DNA from: Bugula neritina
Taxonomy: Eukaryota > Animalia > Bryozoa
DNA length: 64,000 bases
Reading direction: 5' to 3'
Assembly: GCA_964035545.1 (NCBI GenBank)
Contig: OZ037770.1
Location: 13,630,642 to 13,694,641, forward strand
Shown: positions 27,467-39,249 of the stretch, piece by piece
Layout: each line of letters begins with the position of its first letter
Position numbering within the stretch: position 1 is the first letter of the stretch
The notes under the pieces: generated by a model
Told to the model about the DNA's origin: nothing
Seen by the model: only the letters and a program-made list of their open reading frames with translations
Database searches by the model: none
Position numbers and translations under genes: made by a program

Positions 27467-30400
27467 ATGAAGTCAGACGAAGAGAAACTAAGACAACGGC
27501 ATTTTAGGGTAAGTTATGGACTGGTTTAATTTATAATTTGATATAATATTTATATTATATGTATGCATCCCCATGTATACCATTTTCTTGATTTTACTTT
27601 CTTTGTGAGATCAACAGCATGCTTGGTTTCGATTGTTTCTGGATGCTGGTTTCACTATTGTAAAGCAGGAAAATTGTTGCACGTGTTTACAGGATATGAG
27701 TGAAGAGATTGCGTACCAACCAATGCACTCCCAAGAGTCAAATGAGCGTACGGCGAGCAGTTGGTCTACTTTAGGGTCTGACAAGAAGAATGTGACTGTG
27801 CTGATATTTCTGTACGTACTGCAAGGTAAGTGTTTATCTTCCTGTACGTACTGCAAGGTAAGTGTTTATCTTCCTGTACGTACTGCAAGGTAAGTGTTTA
27901 TCTTCCTGTACGTACTGCAAGGTAAGTGTTTATCTTCCTGTACGTACTGCAAGGTATGTGTTTATCTTCCTGTACGTACTGCAAGGTATGTGTTTATCTT
28001 CCTGTACGTACTGCAAGGTAAGTGTTTATCTTCCTGTACGTACTGCAAGGTAAGTGTTTATCTTCCTGTACGTACTGCAAGGTAAGTGTTTATATTCCTG
28101 TACGTACTGCAAGGTAAGTGTTTATATTTCTGTACGTACTACAAGGTAAGTGTTGATATTATTATACATACTGTAAGGTAAGTGTTAATATTCCTGTACG
28201 TACTGCAAGGTAAGTGTTTATATTCCTGTACGTACTGCAAGGTAAGTGTTTATCTTCCTGTACGTACTGCAAGGTAAGTGTTGATATTATTATACATACT
28301 GTAAGGTAAGTGTTAATATTCCTGTACGTACTGCAAGGTAAGTGTTTATATTCCTGTACGTACTGCAAGGTAAGTGTTTATATTATTATACATACTGTAA
28401 GGTAAGTGTTAATATTCCTGTACGTACTGCGTGGTAGGTTCATAAAGATGTGCTAATACTTCTGTAAAGCTAAAATGTTTTTGGAAACTCAAGTATTTTT
28501 CTACTTAATGACTCGCTTTGTTATGGCTAAACGAATCTTGTTTTACTTCATTGCACTATATAATGGTGATTTTAATGACTGTTACAGGAATACCCTTAGG
28601 TCTAGCTGGCAGCATGCCCATGATACTACAAGCCAGAAAGGCTGACTATAGTACCCAGGCTTTCTTTAGTTTTGCTTTCTGGCCGTTTTCTGTGAAGTTG
28701 CTCTGGGCTCCTATAGGTAAGTGAAGTCATATTTCAGATAGAATATAGAATAACGTATGTCACAATCTGTTTGAGAGCTTCAGTAGTTGAGAACTTAGGT
28801 TACATATTCAGTGGTTGAGAACTGAAGCTATATTTTGAATGCCTCAAGCTCTTCTTGCAACATGATTTTATTTGAAGTAGCGCTATGACTCATTGCTAAC
28901 ATCATCAAACACTCTTCAGTGTACTAGCTATACTAGTCCAGCTATACTAGTCTAGCACTACTAGTGTAGCAGTACTAGTTTCCTAATAGTCCAGTGGATT
29001 GCAGCTGATTTCTAAGTTATAAAAGAAGTTATGTTGTTATAAATCTAAAATTCTAAATCTAATTCAATAAATGGACTCAAATTACAGTCTTTTAAACTGC
29101 AGTATATGTTTATTTAATGTGTTTGTTGAAAGGAAAAGCTTCAGTATATGAACTACCTCTATTTCTATATATGATTGTTCTTGTAATATAAGCTGTTCTT
29201 GTCAACATTGCTTGATTTAATTGTTTATTACTTATAATATTATTATATTATATAATATAATTGTAGTTGACAGTGTATATAATATAATGTTAATATATAA
29301 TATAGTTGTAGTTGACAGTGTATATTGTTTATAATATTATTATATGATATAATATAATTGTAGTGTATATTATTTATAGTATTATTATATTATATAATGT
29401 AATTGTAGTTGACAGTGTATATTTCTCACGGTTTGGGAGAAGGAAGTCCTGGCTAGTTCCAATTCAATATCTAATTGGTATATTCATGTTTGTGCTGTCA
29501 TACCATATCCAAACACTCATTGGTGAACCATCAGCCAATGGCGATAAAGGTACAATACTACTTATATTTGTATAGTTCTCAGCTTGCTTTGTGGGCAAAA
29601 CTTATGTACAAAACAATGGTTTATTTTTGCTGTTATTAGGTGTAGCATTTAGTTGGAGAGTGAGTGAGTGAGTGAGTGAGTGAGTGAGTGAGTGAGTGAG
29701 TGAGTGAGTGATTGAGTGGGTGGGTGAGTAAGTGAGTGAGTGAGTGATTGATTGAGTGAGTGGGTGAGTGAGTGAGTGAGTTAGTGAGTGAGTGAGTGAG
29801 TGAGTGAGTGGGTGGGTGAGTGGGTGGGTGAGTGAGTGAGTTAGTGAGTGAGTGAGTGCGTGAGTGAGTGAGTGAGTGAGTGAGTAATATTAGCAGTATA
29901 AAATATCAGATGCATCAGATATATTTATATGTATTAGGTGATGTAATGCACATGGTGTATGTATAGCATATAATCTTCACGTGATAAGTTTGCTCTTGTA
30001 GGGGCACAACCTGAAATAAATGTACTCGCTCTGACTGCTACATTTGTTAGCTTGTGTTTCCTTGCCGCTACTCAAGATATAGCCGTGGATGGTTGGGCCC
30101 TGACTATGTTAAAAAAGTAGGTGAATGCGGGCGGACCTAACAGCCACCCATCCCCTAGAAGTTAGAATAGTTAACTAGTATATTGTAATGTTTATAACCA
30201 TCATCATGTTTTGCCATCTTGGATTTTACTCTTTGAAAATTAAACTTGCCTGCTTTTAACATCCAGGCTTTCTTTCTTTATATCTTTTGAAATAAGTTTT
30301 TGAAAATTAAATTTATTGAAGTGAATTGAAACAAAGAGAAGCTGTGCACATTTTCTTTTACTTGCACTTATATGATGCTGTATTATTTCTCCTTTCACTG

Positions 30401-32779
30401 TATGTATATAATGCTGTCTTATTTCTGCTGTCTCCAGGGAAAATGTCGGCTGGGCCTCCACCTGCAATGCTGTCGGTCAAACGGCTGGCTACTTTATGGG
30501 AAATGTCGTCTTTCTAGCCTTAGAATCTCCCGAGTTCTGTAATAACTATCTAAGATCTGTACCACAAGCTACTGGCCTAGTTACTATACAAGGTGTGTAT
30601 TCAATACCATCCTAGTTGAATTAACAACATTTACTGTTGAAAAAAAGAGTTTTTGAGTGAGAAATAGTGTTTGCTTGAAACACTTTTCTCTTTGTGTGTT
30701 TTGACTTCTGCCTTTATGCAATATTTGCTCGTGACGGTATGAGCTGTGACACTTTAATTTGCTCAAAGGATGCAGTTACGTATATTATATAAACGATGCT
30801 AAGTTATGGATGCAGTTACTACCATGTGGTTATGTATGTTGTTCAATTAGTTGTTTGTGTAGACATCATCTGTTTGTGTAGACATCAGCTGTATGTGCAA
30901 ACGTAATGAATTTCGTGTGTATCCTTAGGTTTTATGTTTTTCTGGGCCTGGGTGTTTATAATCGCCACCACCTTGACGGCTATATTCAAGTCTGAGAGCC
31001 AAGACTATGATGATGATGAACCTGAAGGAGTCGTCAGCACATATAAAACTTTGTGGAAAATTATAAAGCTACCTGCAGTATTGAAATACTGTGCTATGTT
31101 ACTCACTGCTAAGGTATTATATAATATGATATATTGGGCTATACTATACACTGCTAAAATGTTATATTATATAATATATTGTGCTATGCTATACACTGCT
31201 AAAATGTTATATTATATAATATATTGTGCTATGCTATACACTGCTAAAATGTTATGTTATATAATATACTGTGCTATACTACACACTGCTAAAGTGTTAT
31301 ATTATATAATATATTGTGCTATGCTATACACTGCTGAGGTATTATATTGTATATATTACACTGATATTCAATATTATTTCTACCAACTCAGATGTAATGT
31401 TTATATTGTCATGTAGATTGCCTTCTCAGCCACGGATAGTGTTGCTGGATTGAAGTTGATAGACAGTGGAATGCCTAAAGAGAGACTGGCAATGCTGGGA
31501 GTTCCCATGATACCAATACAGATAGTCTTGCCTCTAATTATCAGCAAGTATACTGGTGGTAACCAGCCACTGGCGGTGTTTATGAAGGCCTACCCCGCCA
31601 GGTATACTTTCACAATGATCTCTTTCTGATTAGTAAGAAGTCTACATCAGTGTGTTGTCTGACATGTCATTGTGTTGCAGGTTGTTGATGGGAATAGTGA
31701 TAGCCTATGTGGTGTGGATAACTCCCTCATTCAAATCTGGCGAGTCGGAATTCCCGATTAGTTATTACATCATGCTACTTATTGTCTACGCTTTACACCA
31801 GGTTAGTTGGGAAGGCTGTCTTATTGACAACTCTGAGGCTATGTTTTCAGTAAGATCTGTTTGTCCTTGACTCTTGTTCTTTTGTGGAATATTATTTAGG
31901 CGTTCTATTAAATAACTCACGCGGGTTTATAGTTGCTATTCCTGTGAGAACTCTCGATGGAAGGGTCTTTTAAGCAGGCTAAGGACTTGTGTTTTAATGT
32001 GGTAGAGGAGTAATTATGACTGAATGTCTTCCTAACATCACCGATGGCCTTTACTGAGGAGCAAACCACTAACCACTAATGGCCTTTACTGAGACATTCT
32101 GTTTACTAAGTTGGTGGTCTAACCACTAGCTCATGGCTACTTCATTTTGACTTTCTATTACATCACGTTTTAATGTCACAACGTTGTATAATACTAGTAG
32201 TATATTACACTAATTATACCATACATTGTTATATGTAATTCATCACCCAAGTTTTCAATTTTGTTTAATTGTAGTCTTAGACTTATTTTTTATTTCTCTG
32301 GTTTTTTTATTCCAGGTCACTTTATATTCTATATACGTATCGCAGATGGCCTTCACAGCTAAAATCAGTGACCCAACTGTTGGTGGCACCTATATGACAC
32401 TTTTAAACACTATAACTAACCTAGGTGAGTATATATATTACTATAACTATAACCTAGGTGAGTGTATATATCCCTACAACTAACCTAACTAAGTGTGTAT
32501 ATTACTATAGAGTTATCTCACCCTGACCTTTAGAATGTATGTATCTTTTCTAATTATCCTAATATTTTATCAGGTGGCAATTGGCCAGCAACTATTGCTC
32601 TATACCTCGTCTCTCACTTGGATATAAAGACTACCGTTGGGGAGACAACTATAAAAACACTAGATGGATTTTATATAGAGACCATCGTCTGCACTATAGT
32701 TGGCGTTTTATGGTATATAGCCTTTAAACCTCGAGTTAGAGCTATGCAGCGTCTTGAGCCATCCGCATGGAAAGTCTAG
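27467..32779 (+). CDS. SLC33A1: Acetyl-coenzyme A transporter 1 (MFS, AT-1), 11 coding exons
   Basis: Exons ~27467-27508, 27693-27825, 28588-28716, 29409-29549, 30002-30116, 30438-30592, 30929-31113, 31417-31601, 31681-31801, 32316-32424, 32574-32779. Motifs: LYVLQGIPLGL, WPFSVKLLWAPIVDS, FGRRKSWLVPIQYLIG, ATQDIAVDGWALTML, GGTYMTLLNTITNLGGNWP. Confidence 0.96.
27800..28438 (+). repeat. 32-bp minisatellite x20 spanning the SLC33A1 exon 2 donor
   Basis: Unit TTTATCTTCCTGTACGTACTGCAAG|GTAAGTG. Confidence 0.95.
29658..29885. repeat. (GAGT)n tetranucleotide microsatellite
   Basis: Seen directly, in an SLC33A1 intron. Confidence 0.95.
31088..31350 (+). repeat. 45-bp minisatellite x6 spanning the SLC33A1 exon 7 donor
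   Basis: Unit encodes CAMLYTAKMLYYIIY. First copy is the exon end CAMLLTAK|GT. Confidence 0.9.
32016..32140 (-). mobile_element. Partial SINE copy, same family, reverse strand
   Basis: TTATGACTGAATGTCTTCCTAACATCACCGATGGCCTTTACTG is the reverse complement of the SINE body. The head is rearranged. Confidence 0.65.
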
Positions 32780-33837
32780 TCTAACTTCAGTCTATTATTT
32801 TGGTTTATGTTCTCAAAAGTTCAAAATTTTATGTCAGTTACCTGTTTAATGTCCATTATCTTTTTTCTTTACATGTATAGGCATTGTTCTAAAGTTCATT
32901 CAAATTTCTTTTCAATTATGTTGCGTCTTTGGTAAATGAAGCTGTGTTAATGTGCTCCTTATTGCTGGGTGGCAGAGAAGTCGTGTGACTGAGTTGACTT
33001 GTCCTCTCATGCTGTATCTCATACTTAGTTTCTTCGAAATTTATAATTTGTTGTTTTTATTTTCTTTTATCATCTCTACACTTTCGTTGTTATGTTTTAT
33101 TAACTTATCCTCGGTTAATAAGATAATTTTAAAAAATGGTACAGATATTACAAAGGATAATATATATGTGTTATGTTTGTTGTACATAATAACAAAGTTT
33201 AGAAAAAGCTAAAAGAGCATGTAAACATTACCGTTAGTAAACGTAATAACATTGTTGATTATTTGATAATACAATGTGTCTAAATATTTTAAAGCATTGC
33301 ATAGTTTTGATGGTAAATAGAAAAACCATATCTAATAAAAGCATATAGAAAGAAGCTGTAGAATTATAAGCTACATTGCCTATACAAAATAAAGTTTTAT
33401 AAATCCCAATAGAAATGCACAATAATTCTCTCTGCAGCCGAAAATTACCAAAAAATGAGAAAAATTGCCCGTTGATTGACATACCAGAGTTAATGAGATG
33501 AGTCAGTGAGATATGTGAACAAGTATGCTGAGATATGTTATAGTCTCGGCTGCTGCCCTTGTAAGAGTAGGCAAGATATTGCATATCTATGGAACATCTG
33601 TTGGGGCCCTGCAGCTGGTGTGAATGATGTCATAAATAGGTCAAAATAAGTCTGAAATAGATCACTGTAAGTAGAACAAGAACATTTCATAGAAAGTGAG
33701 ACCCCAGCCTTTGAAAAGTGAGGTGATGGAAGTGTTTAGAAGCCGTAAGCAACGAGAAAAGTCGATGAAATCCATTCGCTGATTGGTAATTATTAGCACC
33801 TCGCAATGTTTGATACAGAAGTAGTCCTGTGCACCTC

Positions 33838-36800
33838 TCATTCCTTGATTAGTTTGTAGATACTGTGTTGGCACCCCGTCTCGGAGCTAGATATTTCAAA
33901 CACAAAGGCTATACACAGCAATGTATCCTGAGTGACTTTATTCTGCACTACCTATAAATAAACCATCAGGAGTTGTCTATTCGTCAAACAATAATACAAC
34001 TCCTAAACTATCTCAACTTCTATCAGTATAATTTAATATCAACTAATAGATGTACAGATGGGCAATTAAATGCTAAAGCTTTTTACGTCTTAAATGTGGT
34101 AAAAGTAGCTTTACTTTTTGGTTAAACAGTTTTATATCAGACATCCACTGGCAGAGTAATTAATTCATTTTTAACAAAAAATATGTATCCCGGCAACATA
34201 ATTTATTTACATTATTACTCATAGAACTTGACATATATTGTGTAGAATTTAACATGTTTAGAGTATACTATAGCAGTAGAGTTTGCTAGAAGAAAATACC
34301 TGTAGAATAGTGAAATTCTCTAGCACAGAATTCATCATGTATTTTGCTGGTAGCTGTTTGAGTTTGTGTATGAATGTGATCATGTAGTCACACATAGGGG
34401 ATCTGTGAAACTTGTACACGTATTTACCGTTCTCGTACCTGGCGTGGTCAGTCTGTAATACACACAAAAAATATACAGTGTATTATAACACAACCAGCAT
34501 TACTTATACCACCAGCATAAGCTATAAAATGAGAATGTATTTCTATACTACACCTACAATGAGTATAATTAGTCAAAACAGCGTAAGAATGACAAGAAAA
34601 ATATAGGACAATGTACTTTAAATTTATTCATTTACTTTAAACACCAAAGTAAATGTTTTATTGATCTGATTATTTGAAGGCATGCACTCATTTCTCCCAG
34701 TAGCCTATAACTAAAAGGAGCAGTGACTTTTACTACAGACATTGGCAGCTGGCAACTGCACACTCACCTCTACCTTCTCCACCACCTGTCTTCCAAATGA
34801 GCACACTTTTGTTGAGCAACTTATAGGGATTTGTTCTTGGCTCTCGAAACTGTCGAAAACAATCATAACAACTGAGTGAGATACTAAATATGATAAAGTA
34901 TAGTAGAAGATGGTCAGACCTGGGACCAGCGCCAGTGGTTCAGTACCTACTTGGGCTGTTACAGGTGCCTCGGAAGAAATTTGTCAAAATTTATTTTATG
35001 CAACTATGAAGCTCTCGGACCAAGTACAGATGATATAACACAATACATTAATACTATGAAATAATAAATTATACAGATTCAGTACAATAATACATTACAC
35101 CGATGTAATAGAATAATATATTCTACAGATGTAATACAACAATATAATACACTGCTACAATACATTATTATATAATAATATATAATATCCTGATATATAC
35201 AGTACAGTGTAATACAATTGATGCTAAGGTGCAAAGAAATAAAGAGATAGCAAGTAAACATTATTTTTCCCAGTAAAATCTAGCAGCACAAAACAAATAC
35301 ACGCCGACCCAACAATTCACATAAACAGGAAGTAAAAACCCAAACAGGAAGTGAATACTTACGTCATGTTGACTCCATAGAAAGCCCCGGGAGTATCTTC
35401 ATGAATGTTAATATTCAGATCCGCCCAGAACTTGACCAAGAAGAAAGCACCGTTTGGACCTCTGGAGAACAAGTCCTGGAGAGAGAAGATAACTCTGTAT
35501 ATTATAGCACACAGTATACCTGTATATTATAGCATGCAGTATATCTGTATATTATAGCATTCAGTATACCTAAGCACATGTCAGACACCTGCACATACCT
35601 CGCAGACACCTGCACATACCTGGCAGACACCTGCACTTACCTGCAGACCTCCTTTACTGCAAGGAAATTTGTCGTAAATCTGCTTCACGTCCACAACTTC
35701 GAGTAAAGGGTCATCATGAGTAGGCGGAGCCCCGAGGTCGACAAATATATGGTCCTGAGGGGATAGGCCGTCCTACAGGCAACATCAGTGTAGTGTCAGA
35801 CACTTTATACTTTTGTGTAAAAATTTCTCGGTAACATAAACTGTACACACTTTCTACATACTGATGTGATGGAGAGCAACCAACTAAAGCAAGACTGAAA
35901 GAATGAAAGAGCAAAGAATTTAAACAGTTTCGGCTTTGACGTTCATAGTCATAGTCTAGTCAACCGCCAAGCTCATGCAAGTGGAGTTATTTTCCCAACA
36001 AAATTTGGCACAGAGAAGAATGTAGGTAATCCTAGAGAAGTAGTAAACACCCCCTCCAGCCAACTGTAAGCTGGCAACAAGCCAAGTTTGAGAACTGTTG
36101 GCAGTGAATCATCTCACCTCGGCATCAGATCTGTTTGAGACTCCCTCCGCCTTCTGCAGACTCAGAAATGCAACGAAATCTTTGAGCCGTAAGCTGGGTC
36201 CGGCTATGCTACGCCCCTCCCACGCAGGAGCTGGGCGAAGTAGACCCTCGGCTACAGGGGGTAGAAGAGGGGGTTTCACGTCCCTCAACATCATACCTGA
36301 GTATAGAGCCTGCATGCTACAAGTAAATGAAAGTACATAATAGCAACAAACTGCCGTAACGACTCCCTTACAGCTAACAAGTACTACCTTAGTGGAGTCA
36401 CACTTGACCTTGACATTTCTGTTAGATATAGTTGTATACTCGAAGACTATTTTTTAAGAGAAGACAATCAGCAAACTGCTGGAAACAGTAAAAATTAAAA
36501 GTAACTTCCTCCTGCTTACAATCTTGAAAGTCCAATTGTTGCCAATATGAAAAACATGTTCAACAATCCTGTGTGACTAGTGCCAGATAGAAATATAATC
36601 TGTGATACGTACTCTGTGGGTGGTCTGCCAGGAGACAACCAGCTGCCCGGCAGCGCGATCGGTTGAGATTGCGAATGAAACTGTGTCTGAAGGTGTTCGG
36701 AAGTGTGGGTGGTGGGCGGGGAGCGCATCGAGGAGGCGGAGACTATTTGTGATGATGACATGGCACTGAGACTCTGTAACGCCCTCTCCTTGGCCAGCTG

Positions 36801-38876
36801 CAAGACACACACTTAGGCTAAAGACACTTAAGCTAAACACGCAACTATATTACTTCTCTAGTAACTACTTTCAGCACATCATATTGACTACACTAAATAC
36901 ACTTGACTAATATAATGTTCATAGTAATTTCTAGTAATCTATTTAATCAATTTTTATTAATTCAGTAACTTCTACTATTTTTCATATAAATACTTTTAGT
37001 GATAAATTAGCACATATTGCGTTGGGTCAGGTTTTCAGATACATTCCGTAACATAGCAATAAATAAACACAGAACTTAGAAAAAAGTAGTAAACTAGTAA
37101 AGAGATCAGACATACCGCGTTGGGACAGGTTTTCAGTTGGGAGTGGATGTCCTTGGACTTCCTGCGAGCAAGCACCTGGATGTGACTGCTCACTTGCTTG
37201 CGAGATCTCGTCTTGCCAGTTCGCAGTTTAATATACCTGGCTATCAGCTCATTGCGTCCTGTAGCATCATATATAAATATATATATCATGGTACTACTAT
37301 ATATCTTTGTAGGGAGTCGAGTGGTCTAGAGGTTAGAGCACTGGTTTGGTAAACACAAGGTCATGGGTTCGAATCCCAGTAAAGGCCATTGGTGATGTTA
37401 GGAAGAGCATCCAGTCATAATTACTCCTGTGCCCCATCTGAATCAGTCCTTAGCCTGATTTAACAAAAACCCTTTCCATCAGGGTTTCTCACAGGGATAG
37501 TGACTATAAACTTGTGTGAGTTGTTTATATAACTTTGTAAGCCAAGGTTATGGCAGATGTTTATAAATATGTTTCATAGATACCTTGAGCATACAACCAG
37601 GATTACTCTTTGTTAATTTGACAACCAGATCGTTGGATTAGCTGGTTTTGGGTCATAAAATTATTTCATGCATAACGTCAATTTTATGATGATTTTATAC
37701 TTGGGATTCATATTTTAGGCAACTAAATTAATCTGACAATAGTTTCTAAACTGAGGGAGTTGGAGTGGAACAGATTCCCAGAGATAAGCTATATATACAA
37801 CTGGTTGTGTTACTGAAACAGGATGTGGTGCTAAACGTGTGGTTAGACATTACAAATGGTAGAGAGTTGTATAGACAATGCAGACCACAACTATTAAATG
37901 TCTACAATATTACTAAATATTTAGTACTGACTACTATTTATACACTATACTGGATATAAACAAAAACTCATAAAAAACTACAATATTAAACTACAAATTA
38001 GAAGCTTCGAGTATAAAGCTACACATACATGAAATTGAGGTGTAAACATAACAAATCTTAGCAAGAAAATATGTTTACCAGAAAAATTTATATTCTTTAG
38101 CTGGAAACTGAGATGCTATTATAAAGACTTACCATACATCTTCCCCTCGTCACTTAGTATGATCTTTCTTCGTCCACATGGAGGGTATATAGCTAACGCT
38201 TCCTACAGAGGTTAAGAACTTGGGTTACAAAAGAAAACATAGTATTTATAATACATTACAGCATGACTTTATTTACGGAGGGTTTGATATCATTGGCATT
38301 GCTTACTAAGTATAGCAATAATTAGCCTTGGTTTCTAAAAATCTCCGTAAACAAATTACAAGAATGAATGTAAGTTTATGATTCCTTGTTTAAAATTGTC
38401 AGCTGTTGAGCTCAGACCATATGAAAGACATTTCGGTATGGTGCAACGGTAAAAACACCGCACAGGGCTGCTTTGTTCCAACTTCATGTGATCAAAATAC
38501 TGAACGGTTTCTGTGGTGGTGATCTAATTGGCTGAGCACGGTTAGCAGATGCATTTCCAAGTTTTGATTTTAATTTTTACAGCATAACCGCCCAACCTCT
38601 ACGTTTTTATCCAATGCAAATATAAAAACGAGAAACTCGGTTCAGATGCCCTACTCTACAATTAAGTCACATGACACTGTATAAGGTAGACTAAGCAACC
38701 TGGAAGCTCTGTTCAATATCAGGAGACCACACCCCCTCAGCATCATTTCCATCTTCATCCACCCCTGTCTCGGACTCATTAGTGCCGTCACTGGTTGAGA
38801 CTGAAGGTACAGACTCAGTGGTGTTAGTAACAGCCATTGCAGCAGTAACCCCTGGCCATGTTGGCATAGTGCTCAT
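33838..38876 (-). CDS. TEAD: TEA-domain transcription factor (TEAD/scalloped), 10 coding exons
   Basis: Exons ~38876-38700, 38202-38133, 37258-37116, 36797-36613, 36316-36118, 35772-35641, 35475-35363, 34849-34768, 34452-34300, 33951-33838. TEA domain: [73 protein letters not shown]-binding domain: [45 protein letters not shown]. Confidence 0.97.
37311..37520 (+). mobile_element. tRNA-derived SINE, best-preserved copy (TEAD intron)
   Basis: A-box GTGGTCTAGAGG and B-box GGTTCGAATCC, followed by a shared body (GGCCATTGGTGATGTTAGGAAGAGCATCCAGTCATAA...CCCTTTCCATCAGGGTTTCTC...GACTATAAA) found at other sites in the window. Confidence 0.85.
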
Positions 38877-38902
38877 CTGGAACAATGAATAAAAAGGCTG
38901 TG

Positions 38903-38936
38903 TAGTTGTAGTAGTAGTAATAGCAGTAGCAGCAGC

Positions 38937-38977
<41 letters not shown>

Positions 38978-39176
38978 CAGTAGTAGTAGTAGTAGCAGTA
39001 GCAGTAGTAGTAGTAGTAGCAGTAGTAGTAGCAGCAGTAGTAGTAGTAGCAGTAGTATTAGTAGTAGTACTAGTAGTAGTAGCAGTAGTAGTAGCAGTAG
39101 TAGTAGTAGTAGTAGCAGTAGTAGTAGTAGCAGCAGTAGTAGCAGTAGTATTAGTAGTAGTAGTAGTAGTAGTAGC

Positions 39177-39211
<35 letters not shown>

Positions 39212-39249
39212 CAGTAGTAGTAGTAGTAGTAGTAGTAGTAATAGTAGTG
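38903..39249. repeat. (AGT/AGC)n trinucleotide microsatellite
   Basis: Seen directly. Lies just upstream of the first TEAD coding-exon acceptor. Confidence 0.95.

Noticed and set aside
27800-28438. CRISPR-like appearance of the 32-bp repeats (also the 47- and 31-bp arrays)
   Set aside because: Units are directly adjacent with no unique spacers, there are no cas genes, and the context is a eukaryotic intron.
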